From assembly GCF_006345805.1 (NCBI RefSeq), contig NC_043004.1:86490001-86554000 (forward strand): a DNA stretch of 64,000 nucleotides. Direction: 5' to 3'. The notes below the pieces were generated by a model, which saw nothing but the letters and a program-made list of their open reading frames with translations, was not told the DNA's origin and searched no databases. The stretch's first letter is position 1. Each line of letters starts with the position of its first letter. This DNA is from Octopus sinensis (Eukaryota). This document shows positions 25,314 to 39,395 of this stretch, piece by piece. The translations under genes were made by a program, and so were the position numbers.

Positions 25314-28300
25314 TTAATGTTGTTATTTAATGAAGCTGTCTTAAAACCAAAGGTCACCTATCGTTTTTCTTTTCATTCCTTCATACTTTTGCCAGTTTGT
25401 AAAAACATTTTTCTGTCCAAAAAAAAATTGATCATTTTAGTGGTGGTTACTGTTGCGAAGACACGATGGGGTTTCCCCGACCCCTTTCCCCATTCTTTTG
25501 AAACGTAGGTACAAAAAAAATTGAGAAAATCCTAAACAGAAATTCCAACTTAAGTGGGATGGCTGTTCTGAAAGTTCGCCTACAATTGTTTACTTTGTTT
25601 TTATTATTCATACTTCTAAATAAAACTTTTTTTGTCACGACACTCAAGCATGAGAGTGTAAGATTTTAAAGCCCGCAGCGCACTTAGATACCCCTTGCGG
25701 TGCACCAGTGCATCGCAGTTCCCACTTTATTTACTATACTTACTACCACAACCTCCACTACTTGAGGTATGGTTCATCCTATATAAAAAAATTTGTCATT
25801 CCTTTCTCTTTTTCAGTGTCATTAAATTAAAAGCAGCTTATTTGTTTTTACTAACGTTTACTTAATAATATAATAGTGTGACGAAAAATGTGCTTTAATT
25901 TAGATTATATAGGTTAATCTCTAGCTTCTGTAATGCGATCGGCAGAGCGTTGACACTTGAAAACAAAAAGGTTTTCCCTTACCGTTCTGAATCACTTGTT
26001 CTCCAGGTCGAGATGACCTTATGGTTAAAGATGATCATACACAATCTACCTATGACAATCCCGTGGGTTTTTTCTTTCTTTCTTTAGTGTATGTTTTTTT
26101 TTCCGAACAGTTTATCCTTAGCATTATTGTATCTTCTTTCTACACTTGCTTTCATGATGTTAGTGGAACTCTTTTTAAGACACTGTCTCGAGCTGACCTA
26201 ATTTTCGTGAGTGGATTTGGTAGACAAACTGAAAGAAACTTGTCGCCTGTGTCTGTGTTAATGTTTTCTTCACTTCACAATGCGTCATATGCAGACAGTT
26301 GTCTTTCTTGGAAACGTGTCTTCATAGGAAAATATTGCCTTGGGTTGGTAACGGGAAAGGCATCAAGTCGTATAAAATCTTAGTGAATACCGTCCGGCCC
26401 TTGCGAACATGGAAAAGGGGTACTAAAACAATGATGATGTTTCGCTCTTTAATTTGTTCTTGTTGGCATTAACAGAGGCATAATTCATTGGAGGGGAGTT
26501 ATCCAGTTTTTTCATGAGGATTGAAAAGATGCGAGGGCAGGCAAATTGCTAGCTTGGTTTTAAATTTTTAGGGATGCAAACTCCACCTTGTCTTCTCATA
26601 AATAAGTGGAGACTAGGATGGGGATGAAAATAGTTCCAATGAGAACTTTAATCTTGTTTTTGATAGCTTTTGGGGTGGTTGAGTGAGGCTTTCGTAACTT
26701 CATTTTTCTTCCTCTGTGTAGTGTGTTTGTGTGTTAGTTTCTATAACCTCGGGTCGACCCATACCTTGTTGAGTGCAATCGGATAATCAGAAAATATATA
26801 GCTTTTATTTATTTATTTATTTCCAAGGGAAAGTTTGTAACTACGAAGTTTTAGGTTTACCAGCCATCATGGCACACATCGATGGTAGCTGGTCAGTCGA
26901 AACTTGTAAAGATTAGTAAATATGTATTATGCTAAAAACAAAACGAAAAACTATTGAATAATCTAGTTTAATGTTAAATAGTTTTTGTATATAACTTCAC
27001 ATGAAAGCAACAACACAATGTGTGTGTGTGTGTGTTTATATCGTTGCTATAATGCAAAAGTGTCGTAAGTCCAAAACGTTGCTTTTTCAGAAAACGAAAA
27101 AATAGTTTGACCATTCCATAGCAAAACCGTTGTACTACACTTCGACAATTTTTTATATCTTGGCATCTGAAGCAGCTGGAGATACGATAGTTTGGCCAAA
27201 AGAACCGGCTATTACAAGCAAAAATAAATATTGGAAAAACCGCATTTGGCCAAATTTGGACATACGACAGTATAACATATTGTTATTATGTATGACGTTC
27301 CTTGGGGTTATGGTGTTTGTGATGCTGCTGTTGTGGTCGATGTGTTTGCGTTGTCAGGTCATGCAGGTACTATTTCTATCAAAGCATATGACACGAGCGG
27401 AAATTAACTCACATCTTTCTCTACGACCACGCAACCACAATTCATAGCCCATCCTTTTTAGAAAGATGTATATGGTTAGTGCCTGTTAGTGTATTTAGTA
27501 AATTTGTGTACTTTTATATATAATAACATTTAATACGGTTTCTTTTGCCGTTGATCTCTAAAGTATTGTTTTTGTTTTTTATGATATAAACCACGTCTGT
27601 TTAAGTAAAACATTTACATGTCAAATAAACCATAACCAAGGAGGGGAATCCTTTCGTTGTCGTTTTAGTCTGCTAGAAATGATAGTCAAATCTTTCTCAA
27701 ATCACGTTACTGTATAATAAAGAGGGTAGACATTACATAAATGCTAAATTGAAATTATTTTAAAACAAATTTAGGGCGGCGAATTGGCTGAACCGTTAGA
27801 GCGTCGGAAAAATACTTTGTGGTATTTGTTCTGGCCTTTTTTTTTTTTTTATCATCATTATTATTACTTCACGTTCTGAGGTCAAATCCTGTCTTGGCCA
27901 ACTTTCTCTCAAATAAAATGCCAACATGTAATCGACTTGCCCCATCATCCCGCAAATTACAGGCCTTGTGTTAAAAACAAAATTTAAGAATATTGACGGA
28001 GTATTTATTGCTGTGACCGGGCACTCTGTACTGGGAGCAGAGTGAAATTTAATTTTAAATTCCTGTTAACGGTTTAAATGTAACGCTTTATAAAGATGGG
28101 ATGGTCGCAGCTGGAATGCTTTTAGTCACTTAGGTGCTCGGTTTGAACTAGTCTTTGACAGCCGAATGACAAATACTTCTCTATGTGGTCACTCAACCTG
28201 CTGAAAATAACAGCTAAAGATTCTTCAGATTACACCTTACCAGCTTAATAAAATAGAAAAAAATTATTCAGATTATGTATGGATCAATGTCTTATAGAAA

Positions 28301-28739
28301 AGACGATGAGTAGGGTTCGGACATTTTTTATCATACGTGTTTGCTTGATCAGTGCTTACCTGGGGCTAAACAATACTCTAATAGATTATACTTTCGGTAT
28401 AAGCTACAGATACCTACTTCGCCACCTGCGTCTTTGTTTTCGCAAAAATTGATAATTTTTTGATGGAATTTTTCTACTGATACATTTCAGATTGTGTAGA
28501 TTACAATGTTAAAAACAAGGGGAGGGTTTTTTTGTTTTTTTTATTCTACGATTGGTCAATGTATCATCAAAATGACACATGTGAATTGTCCAAAACTCTG
28601 ATATAATCGTTAATTTACATCAGTGTTTCTCAACAGTTTTTTTACCTATGGACCCCTTCGATTCCTATTTTCCTCGGATTGACCCTCATAGCAATTCGAT
28701 GTTTGAAAAAATCTTATAATTAAATATTAAGAATTGTCG

Positions 28740-29085
28740 ATACTTTTTGTTTATCTCACCCCCATTAAAAAAATGGGTTATCTCCCCATTGAAATATTGA
28801 GCTTATGTGGCGACAGATTGGATTAAGAGTTGACTCCTTTTGATTCAGTACTTCAACACATTGTTGACGTTTGGTCTCCTCAAAAGACATGGAATGATTT
28901 GTTATAAAAATATTATCAGATTTAGTAAGATGTTTCATCTTTTCACTTTTGTTCTTTTTTTTTTGTTTTATTGGGGGTTACACCATTTTTTAAGATGAGT
29001 GAGATAACCAAAAGTACTGCTATTTCTCATAAAACTTGGAGATAGCTCAACTTTTTAATGGGGGTGAGATAACCAAAAAGTACTG
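28740..29085. mobile_element. Long-TIR MITE family (copy 3)
   Basis: Same TIR and interior as 12248. Confidence 0.65.
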
Positions 29086-30422
29086 AATTGTCTTTTAAAA
29101 AACACTAAAATATTTTGTGTATTGTAGAAGTGTAACCAGCTTATTGCAGATAAATTTTCACAATAAAACAGACCACATTTGAGAACCTGATTTACACCAT
29201 CTGAAATGTATTTGCAGAAAACTTCATGAGAAAACAAAATGATTTTGAGGATAGGGACATACTAGTGTAGTAACGCTACACTTTCTTACATAGTTACAAA
29301 TCTTCGTGTTTATTGTACTGAGTTGTGTCGTTCTTTAGATTCTTTGATCCGATTCAAAACGATTGGATCAATTGGAAGCGATTGTCTTCATGTGTTGACC
29401 TGTTTAGTTGAATTTTCTTATTGATAATTTATCATTCTTATTTAGACTATCCCCCAAACTCTCTCTCTCTCTCTCTCTACCAAATTCATGCATCTCACAG
29501 TCAAGGAATGCTGTGGGCTGACTTGGCTTATATATATATATACAAAAACTTCAGGGTGAATACTTGATAATTGTAAGCACCTGTATATGACATTTAGTGG
29601 TGTAGGTGATAGAGTATATGTACCGTTAAATCCTTTGCATCATGTTTTTATTTTGATAATATATATATATAAATATATACATACACACACACACACAGTG
29701 ATACCTCACAGTATAAGTTTAATTTGTGCCATGACCGAGTTCAACTTACGTTTTACAAATCAATTTTCCCTATTAAAATTAACTAAAATATAATTAATCT
29801 GTTCCAGCTCCACAAAAACCACTCAAAAAGAATTTTTTATGGCTTTTAAAACAGAAAAGGTGTAATTACAAGTAAAGAGACAATTATAAAAAAGAGAATG
29901 CAAAAGAAATATGTAAACTGGTTTTATTAACTGAATTACCTTAAAGATGGGACAATGTGTGCTTCTACTGCAGATTTCCACACATACTTCATGGCAAATT
30001 ACTTGTACTGCAAGGTTGAAACAATGCTGTTAAATTCAATTTAAGTTTATCTCTAAAGGGAATTTAACAGCCTTTTAAGTCATTGAATAGCTCTTCCACT
30101 TCGGTCATTTAGTAGACAAATGCAACTCCAAAGTTTGGTGTTTGTGTGTTCCACAAAGTATCCTTTTGAAGGGAGAATGTGATTTTGATGAGTTTTAGCT
30201 GCTATTTCTAACTATTAATTTTTTTCTTGTGGGGACTACTCTACCCAGTTTAGACCCTTTTCTTAATTTATTTGCTTATTTTAAGTATCTTGTTTTTCAT
30301 CTGCATTGTTAAGTAACTATATAAAACTTTGTGACCATCTCTCTCACATGCTTACTTTTTCTCCTCCAACTGCCCCTCTCTCCTCTCACTGAATATGTGT
30401 GTGTGTGCATAATATATATATA

Positions 30423-30462
<40 letters not shown>

Positions 30463-30465
<3 letters not shown>

Positions 30466-30710
30466 CACAATGGCCCAGTGGATTCGCAGTCATAGGATTA
30501 TGGTTTCGATTCCCAGACCGGATGTTGTGAGTGTTTATTGAGTGAAAACAGCTAAAGCTCCACATGGCTCTAGCAGGGTGTGGTGGGAAACCCTGCTGTA
30601 TTCTTCCACCACAACTTTCCCTAACTCTTTCTTCCTGTTTCTGTAGCACTTGTATTTCAAAAGGCCAGCCTTGTCGCACTCTGTGTCACGCTGAATCTTC
30701 TCGAGCATAA
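30463..30710 (+). mobile_element. SINE family C (tRNA-derived)
   Basis: ggcacaatggcccagtgg...ggtttcgattcccagaccgg...gtgtttattgagtgaaaac. Confidence 0.8.
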
Positions 30711-30773
30711 TATTATAAATGGTACTGTTTACATTGCACTAGTAAATGTCCTGATTATCTGGAATACTTATTC

Positions 30774-31155
30774 CGGAGTGGCTGTGTAGTAAGTTGCTTG
30801 CTTACCAACCAAATGGTTCCGGGTTCAGTCCCACTGCGTGGCACATGGGGCAAGTGTCTTCTACTATAGCCTCGGGCTGACCAAAACCTTGTGAGTGGAT
30901 TTGATAGACAGAAAACTGAAGGAAGCCCGTCGTATATATGTATATGTTTGTGTGCCTGTGTTTGTCCCCCAACATCACTTGACAACCGTTGCTGGTGTGT
31001 TTAGGTCTCTGTAACTTAGTGGTTCAGCAAAACAGACCAATAGAATAAGTACTAGACTTACAAAGAATAAGTCCTGGGGCTGATTTGATTCCACTAAAGG
31101 TGGTGCTCCAGCATGGCCGCAGTCAAATGACTGAAACAAGTAAAAGAGTAAAAGA
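30774..31155 (+). mobile_element. SINE family A, full length
   Basis: Consensus match; lies about 290 bp upstream of the TGIF acceptor. Confidence 0.88.
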
Positions 31156-31446
31156 TATATATATCAGTGCTGGAGTCAGTTTGCAACCTCTGTTGCTTAA
31201 AAATAATTAAGCTTAATGTATTCCTATTGTGAATTCTATCTATCATGTTGGATCATGTCTGTTTGGCTTCAACTTTTCAATTTCTTCAATTTTTCAAACA
31301 AGTGATTTCCACAGGAGCAGCCAAACAGAAAAGATCCTTCTTGTTTATTCTACCAAACCTAAATGTAAATTCACTGATTGTTTCTTTTTTTTTTAATACA
31401 GATGTATTATTAATCCTTTCTCCCCCCCTTTTTTTTCTCTTTGTAG

Positions 31447-32216
31447 ATAACTGCTCAAAACGAAAGCGAACTCGTGGAAATCTACCGAAGGAGGCTGTTG
31501 ATTATCTTATGAAATGGCTGTATCAGAACAGATTTCGTGCCTACCCTTGTGAAGAAACAAAGCGAAAGATGGCCAAAGACACTGGTCTGACAATCCAGCA
31601 GGTCAATAACTGGTATATCAATGCTAGGCGTCGTATTCTACCAGCTCTTATATCAAGTGAAGGCAAAGAACCACGAGATTACCGAATCACACGAAGACGT
31701 CTGGCATCTTACTCCTCTGATCAAAGCCCATCTTCACCAGCACCATCATCTCCGGCATCAGCTTCTAGTGGCCTTCCAGCGACTCGTGCCGACAGCCCTG
31801 CACCTCCTTCCAATGCTTCGACTTCATCTTGCCGCCAGACACCAACCCCACCGTCTTCACTGACTCCCACTAGTCGATCGCATCTGGCTCAGCCGCCATA
31901 TTTACCTCTGCCACCCCCTTATTCCTTCAACAGCACCACACCGGATTGCCAAGTTGGTAATGATAATCACGACAGAACATCAGAATCGTTCCAGGACTAT
32001 CAATCAAACCTCTATCATCGTTATCCGCTTCATTTTCATTCTCGTCAGTACGAACCAACTACTGCTGATTACCCGTGCAACCTTATCTACAACAACAGCA
32101 ACCACAATCACAATGTTTTACAAATTGATCCCAACCAACCCACGGACCAGTTGTTACGTAACCGATATGGTAATACAGAGAGCCATTTCCGTGTTCTAGA
32201 ATTTAATATGATATAA
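31447..32216 (+). CDS. TGIF: TGIF-family TALE homeodomain transcription factor, main/terminal coding exon
   Basis: Translation KRKRTRGNLPKEAVDYLMKWLYQNRFRAYPCEETKRKMAKDTGLTIQQVNNWYINARRRILPALISSEGKEPRDYRITRR. It has the TGIF-type AYP three-residue loop and the TGIF-specific C-terminal extension. A polypyrimidine tract plus ttgtag acceptor ends at 31446 (phase 1). A Ser/Pro-rich tail follows, with TAA at 32214-32216. Confidence 0.88.
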
Positions 32217-32895
32217 GATATATTCATAATGTATTTATTTTTTTAAATATCTGCTTAGGGTTATGGTTGGTATATTTCTCTTCAAATGCTGAATACAAAA
32301 TATATTTCTTAAATTGAGAACCAAGAAGAAAATATATTTTCAATATTGATTTTTTTTTTTTCAAATAAAAGTTAAATTTAGATATTTTAAAAATATATTT
32401 TAATGTAGAATAATAATAAAAAAAAAAGTATGATAAAAAGAAATTATTTTTTTGGTAGCAAGACAGTTCCATATATAATTTTTATTTACTTTGGATATAA
32501 ATATGTGTATATATATATATTGATATATATATATATATACACCCACAGACACATTCTCACTTAGTCCTTCAGACTTCTATCACAAGACTCATATAATCTT
32601 ACCATCAACTTTGAGTCAAGATGTTTAAAAAAACAACACAAAGCGAATTACAATCACTAAAATTTGTATCTTTTTGATCCACTTATATTTTCCAGGTATA
32701 TTATATAATATATTCTTTGATGCCTTAAAGACAAACATTGTTTTAAAATTTTTTCCTATTGTTTTTTAATAATTTTGCTTTTTTTTTCCCTCCCCCACTT
32801 TTTAATGCAAAGTTGTTTTAATTAATTTTGCAAATACATATTCTTAAATACTTTTTTACAGCAGTATAGATTTTCTTAAAGCAATAGTCCCTTAA

Positions 32896-33319
32896 CCTTT
32901 TAGCATTTAGATTACTCTGTCAAACATAATGCTTTTTAATTCAGTTTTAAATCAGTGCTTCTCAACCAGGATCCATATAAGATTTTCTGGGGTCCATGCA
33001 AGCAAAGTAGTAAGTTGTGGGCACTTTGGTAGTATTTTAAGGGTCCGTGAATAAATTTTGCCTTAGATGTATTTATAGCATGAAACAGCTAGGTTTCTTT
33101 CTCTAATGTCTAACATAGTTCAGCATGGTTCCAGCCACTGAAACGTGTTCTCTCAGAGAATGCTATTGCAAACCTACACTAGTGAAGAAGTTTCTATAAA
33201 ACTAGGTTTTAAACATGGAGTGGCTATGGGGGTCCACCATGATGTGATTGTTTATTTTTAAAATTACATTGTAGGGTAGGTGTGAGAGGCCAGCTCTGAC
33301 CAGCTTAAATGTTAAAGGG
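32896..33319. mobile_element. piggyBac-type MITE carrying a truncated hAT-type MITE (from 32953)
   Basis: TTAA-CCTTTTAGCATT...TAAAGGG-TTAA, with internal CAGTGCTTCTCAACC start of an hAT element. Confidence 0.7.
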
Positions 33320-34480
33320 TTAACAGCTCTTATATCTTGTTTAATTGGTGAAGGCTATGCTTCGCTTATATAGTCATAATAAAACTAGATCAGGTCTACT
33401 TGCTGAAATGTTAGTGGATTAGGTTTAACTAATATAACCATTCAGACCACTAATCTTTGATAATAAAAAAAAAAAAAATACATTTCTATATTCACAAAAA
33501 TGAATTGGTGGTAGTGTTGTGCTGATTCTGTTACCATCCATGTTTATTTTATTCCTCTTGTGGAGTGAAAAGACTTAGCCCTTCTTAGTAAAATTTCAGG
33601 TTAAAATTGTTAGACTGCAGATCAGTTAGCAATTTCTCTCTGGTGGCAGTGAAAATAAGCACAGGCTCCTACACCTTGCCCCATTGCCGTCTACTATAGT
33701 CCCAGGCTGACCAAAACCTTGAGTGGATTTGGTTGGAGAAACTGAAAGGAGTGTGTATGTGCATGCTGAGTTGGTGGATCCTTGTTTTGACATCACATGA
33801 TTGTTGTAAACAATAACCACTGTCATACAAGCTGTTTCCTTCATTTCCAAGCTTCCATGAAAAACATGTCCAGCCATGGTGGGGGGGGGGGCTTTCTTGG
33901 AAATGGGTGAGACTTGGCGACAGGAAGGGCATCCAGCTGTAGAAAATCTCTCAACACATTTCATCTTATTCATTCAAGCATAGAAAAGTGGCTAAAAACA
34001 AACACTATACAATGCCAATGACTTCAGTGAAAGCCAAACAAGAACTAGTCAACCTAATTTTCAGCTTATTGTGTTAAGGAGTGTGAAGTAAAATGGTTTT
34101 CTTTGTCATTTTCTATTGAATATGAGAGACAACACCAAATAGGTTTTGGTTTAGTTCTAACCTCATCAGTTAAGCATAGCTTTTGCCATACTTTTTGAAG
34201 TAGTGTATCTTTCATCAGTGTATATTCACAAGATTATGCACTTATTGATATGGGATAAGTTCGCTCAGAATAAATTTTTAAATTCAGAGTCACCATCTGC
34301 ATGAAAAACCAACAGGTAAGTCTATGCATGTAATGAGGATCTATAAAGAATGATTGCATGGATAGTCATGCAGTTACATCTTCAACAACAAGGGAACTAC
34401 TACAACAAATAGAAAACCTCTTTAGTATCAAGATTGAGAAGTACAAGTATATAAACATTTGTGAGGTTACATCACTCTCG

Positions 34481-34628
34481 GAGTGGTTGGCGTTAGGAAG
34501 GGCATCCAGCTGTAGAAATTCTGCCAGATCAAGACTGGAGCCTGATGTAGCCATCTGGTTCACCAGCCCTCAGTCAAACCGTCCAACCCATGCTAACATG
34601 GAAAGCAGACGTTAAACGATGATGATGA
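34481..34628 (+). mobile_element. Retroposon 3' fragment, family D, ending in (GAT)n
   Basis: gagtggttggcgttaggaagggcatccagctgtag...acgttaaacgatgatgatg. Inverted copies at about 2695-2870 and 56922-57270. Confidence 0.7.
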
Positions 34629-35608
34629 TAGACATCTGTCCTGAAAAAAAAATGATGCATCTTAAATTTCAGAAATTTGTTAGTATGTGAATGAAATGAA
34701 CTGGTTTGAGCAACTTCTAATTTGAACGTATGTAAGGGCTTCCTCACCTCTGATTTATTTGGGTGTCCAATATGCTAGAAACAGCAACCAAATCACACCC
34801 TACCAACTTAAAAAATAATATTTATAGAGGAAAGACCATCAAGGGCTGCAGGAGGCCCTGGGAGCCACAGGTGGTTAATCCCAAGTCAGCCTTTATATAA
34901 TCCAGACCATACTATCTCTTTACTGGTATATAGGAATATACTAGCTTAAAAACTCCCCTGTCAAGCGGCTTTTAATCTAGCTCCTGTGGAGGGCTCTTCA
35001 TTGGGCCTTGGGCCCAACGATGACACTTCGTGCTTTGAGTACATATTAAACTTGACCAGTATTTTTCAAGCAATGAACAATTTTCATCGAAACAAGGATA
35101 TAATTTGTCAACTTATTGCAAAGCTGCATGATAACATTTTTTATCTTCCCATTCTGTGGGTCAGTACAATTTTTTTTTCTTTCTGTCTGACTGCTTTCTT
35201 TCTCTCCGTCTCTCTCTCTTTCTGTTGATTGTTTTCAACCATCACCAGTACCACCACAATTGTCATATGCACACCATTCAGACTTCTGACGCCGCCACCA
35301 TTAATGCCTTTGACTTTGCTGCCTTCCCCTCCACCACCATCATCACCATCGCCTCTGCCTCTATCACAACTACAGCTCATACTATTACTATCACCCCATT
35401 ACCATCACAACTGTCAATCTACTGCCGCCCTCCCCGTTTCTATGTCTACTATTACTCTCACCCCAGCAGGAGGCACAAATAGTTGAAGTGTCATTGAATA
35501 GTGAGAGGGGGTCAAAGTGTGACACACTGACACACAGTCGTTTGGCATTTATTATTATAGATCTAATCTTTCTCAATGTGTTATAATGTGAAATGAGATT
35601 TGGTGCTC

Positions 35609-35935
35609 CCACTGTGTGGCACCTTGGGCAAATGTCATCTACTAAAGCCTCGGGCCGACCAATGCCTTGTGAGTAGATTTGGTAGATGGAAACTGAAAAG
35701 AAACCCGTCGTATATTTATATATATGTATGTTTGTGTGTTTTTGTTTGTCACCCAATATCGCTTGACAACCGATGGTGGTGTGTCTACGTCCCCGTAACT
35801 AAGCGGTTCGGCAAAAGAGACTGATAGAATAAGTACTAGGCTTACAAAGAATAAGTTCTGGGTTCGATTTGCTTCCACTAAGGGCGGTGCTGCAGCATGG
35901 CCGCAGTCAAATGACTGAAACAAGTGAAAGAGTAA
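35609..35935 (+). mobile_element. SINE family A (5'-truncated)
   Basis: Consensus match. Confidence 0.85.
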
Positions 35936-36832
35936 GCCATGTGACCACATAGAGGCTCTGTTTTTGTTTTATAGTTTTGTATGACTATAAATTAACATTC
36001 AGCAAGATAGATGCATAAACAGGTTTGAGCTTTCTAGTCATAAGCAAACCACTTCTTTAATGTTGATGGAGCTGTTTAATTTCTTGTCAGCTCAATTTAA
36101 ACAAACGTTTTATCAAAGACATCTGGTCATGACAGTCCCATTGTTCTTCACCTACCCCATCCTCTGCCCACAGGGCATTATTATCCAATGCCATAAAGGC
36201 TCAAGCATGGCTCTGTGCTTGAGAAGTTTGCTTCCCAATTACATGGTCTTAGGTTCAGTTCCACCGTGTGGCACTTTAAACAAGTGCCTGTCGTGTGTGT
36301 ATGTGTACCTTTTTACTTGTTTAAGTCAAGACTGTGGCCATGCTAGGGCACTGCCCTGAAGAATTTTAGCTGAACAAATCTTTTTAACCTGGTACTTATT
36401 CCATCAGTCACTTATGCCGAACCGCTAAGTTAGAAGAATTTAAACACCGACACTGGTTGTCAAGTGGTGGTGGAAGACAAAGACAGGTCCACACACAGGC
36501 TTCTTTCAGCTTCCATCTTCCAAATTCACTCAACGCTATAGTGGAAGACACTTGCTCAAAGTGCCATGCAGTGGGGACTGAACTCGGAATCATAGGCGTG
36601 GGAAGCAAACTACTTACCACGTACGTGTGTATATATATATATGTGTGTGTGTGCCCATGTCTTAACACCCATGTGATGGCTGTGAATGACCATCACGGTC
36701 ATACACGCAATAGTCATTTCCAGTCTTCTGTGGAAAACGTGTCTGGCTATGGGGAAATATTACCCTATTTGGAATCAGAAAGAGCATCTGATTGTAGAAA
36801 ATGTGCCTCATTAGATTCCATCTGACCCATGT

Positions 36833-37210
36833 GCAGGAGTGGCTGTGTGGTATGTAGCTTGCTTACCAACCACATGGTTCCAGGTCCAGTCCCACTTGGG
36901 CAAGTGTCTTCTACTATAGCATCGGGTCGACCAAATCCTTGTGAGTGGATTTGGTAGACGGAAGCTGAAAGAAGCCCGTCGCATATATGTAGTATATATA
37001 TATGTTTGTGTGTCTGTGTTTGCCCCCCCCCCAACATCACTTGACTACCGATGCTGGCGTGTTTACGTTCCGTAACTTAGCGGTTTGGCAAAAGAGACCG
37101 ATAGAATAAGTACTAGGCTTACAAAGAATAAGTCTTGGGGTCGATTTGCTCGACTAAAGGCGGTGCTCCAGCATGGCCGCAGTCAAATGACTGAAACAAG
37201 TGAAAGAGTA
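36833..37210 (+). mobile_element. SINE family A, full length
   Basis: Consensus match; an inverted diverged copy lies at about 36310-36610. Confidence 0.88.
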
Positions 37211-37789
37211 TGCAAGCGTCGAAAAAGTGAATGTTAAATAATGGTGAGACAGTAATGTTTGATTTAAGAGGACGATTGGCTGCTATTTGTAGCCGACCGA
37301 TCGACCTTGTTACTTTGGTTTTGCTAAGATCAATGTAGAACGTATGAACTCCACAAACTTCCCTCTGAGGCCACATTGTCTTTGAGTGACGGGTATATTA
37401 TGAGATTGCTATCGTAGATACGTAGTTAAGAAGTCCAACCCACAGTTATGTGGTTTGGGGTTCAAATTCATTGTGACACCTGGGAATTGCTTAATGTCCC
37501 AACATTAGGACAACGAAAACCTCTTGAGTGGAATTAGGTAGACAGGATCTGTAGAAGTCCTTGTATATCTTCATATTTAAAACGTCACCTCGCACACTCT
37601 CTTTCATAACCAACACACACACAGACGTCAGTATGTTGGTTATGGATCTTCGCCATTCAACGACGAGGATTTTGTATTTTGAATATTGCTCTTGAATTTA
37701 TGTAAATGTGGTTGAGCATGCCACATAAACATGTCCCCATAAAATAGTTGTAATAAGAGCTTGTATATATATATATATATACACGCACA

Positions 37790-38092
37790 CTGTGGCACTC
37801 CGTTAGTTACGACAACGAGGGCTCCAGTTGATCCGATCAACGGAACAGCCTGCTCGTGAAATTAACGTGCAAGTGGAAGATTAAGCAGGACAGAGTGTGA
37901 CAAGGCTGGCCCTTTGAAATACAGGTACAACAGAAACAGGAAGAAAGTTGGGGTGAAAGAGTACAGCAGGGTTCGTCCCCTGTCGGAGCCTCGTGGAGAT
38001 TTTAGGTGATTTGCTTCATAAACACAACGCCCAGTCTGGGAATCGAAACCGCAAGTTTGCTGCCCTAACCACTAGGCCATTGCGCCTCCACA
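37790..38092 (-). mobile_element. SINE family C
   Basis: Reverse-complement head at about 38090, tail ...gtcgtaactaacggagtgcca. Confidence 0.8.
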
Positions 38093-38122
38093 TTATATAT
38101 ATATGACCATTCCAAAATATAA

Positions 38123-38173
<51 letters not shown>

Positions 38174-38189
38174 ATTAAGCATGCTACGA

Positions 38190-39395
38190 AAACGTCTCTT
38201 TGATGTGGGGATGGGAACCTTCGACCGCGCAGATGTCTACGACCTTATAGGATTCGTATATACTGGACACCTTTTGCTCTATACTGAGATGATGCTTTAG
38301 CCATCTCTGAAGAAGCTGACGGACATACCCGTGATAGGCTTAGGAAGGAACTAATTCGCACGCTTAGCTCAATTGGACCCATTCTCAACTTCTTAGACGT
38401 TACGTTGGACCCGAATACCTGTTCTTATAGGCCCTACCGCAAACCAAACGAAAAACTGTCGTTCATTGACACAGCCTCCTATCATCCACCTATCGTGTTC
38501 AAGAACCTAGTGAAGAGAATTTCGAACTTGTCTTCCAGACAAGAAATTTTCGACACCGTAACCTCCTATTACAACGAGGCTTTAGCGTCCCGTGAGTTCA
38601 AAGGACTGCATCTTCTTTATGCTGATCCCTAGCACCCACAAAAGGAAGCGCTACCGTAAAATCGCTTAGGTTGCCTCACCTTTCTCACTTAACGTCAAGA
38701 TTTGCGTGGGAAGGATATTCCTTAGATTAGTGGCCAAACACTTCACACAGATACGGGCGTTTTTTTTGCGCCCAGCGTTAAAAGAATATTAGTGAGTATC
38801 CCTAAGCCACGAACAGAGGCAGGATGCTCGTGTAGGGTTTCCAATGAATTCATAGTGGGGTGGGGTCGATGCAACTCCAAGGGTATAGTGTATGCGGCTA
38901 AGGTGGTAACTGGCGCTGGCGACCACAGCGGCAGCGTTAGCAACAACACATCCACCGATAAAAGCAGCATCAATACCAACTGTACCAGCAATGTGGTGGC
39001 AACTCTGACACCAAGATCGCGTCCAGTAATAACAGCAGCGGCTGTAGCACCGCCAGCACAGATACTCGAATATGTTGGTTCCAGAGGCGACTCGTTCAAG
39101 CAGCATCTGAATAACCACAGGTCCTCCTTTTGGATACCATAAAGGCGTAACATAACCTCTCTGACTAGCTACGTATGGCATTTAAAAGAGTAGGGTGTGC
39201 CATATATAATTAAATGGAGGCTCCGAGAACTACCGGACTTGTACCTCAACGGGAGCAAACGTTGTAAGCTTTACTTGGGCGAAAGAGCAAGAATCCTGAA
39301 AAACTCGACCTGGAAACCTTTTTAATCTAAAAAAGAGGTGTTTAATCAATGCCCTCACCAGAGGAAATTCTTGTTGCAAATATGGAATTTTCCAT
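38190..39395 (+). mobile_element. Decayed Penelope-like element (RT + GIY-YIG)
   Basis: FDVGMGTFDRAD, LY*DDALA, NFLDVTLDPNTCSYRPYRKPN...SYHPP, RISNLSS, PFSLNVK, then IVYAAKV...YVG...FKQHLNNHRSSF...SYVWHLKE, with stops and frameshifts. Confidence 0.85.

Noticed and set aside
26835-26915. Hairpin followed by GTCGAAAC as a hammerhead
   Set aside because: No CTGAnGA core upstream of the stem.
31245-31446. N-terminal 67 codons of the 323-aa ORF as part of TGIF
   Set aside because: Phe/Leu-rich read-through of a T-rich polypyrimidine tract. A clean acceptor at 31446 precedes the homeodomain, so this part is intronic.
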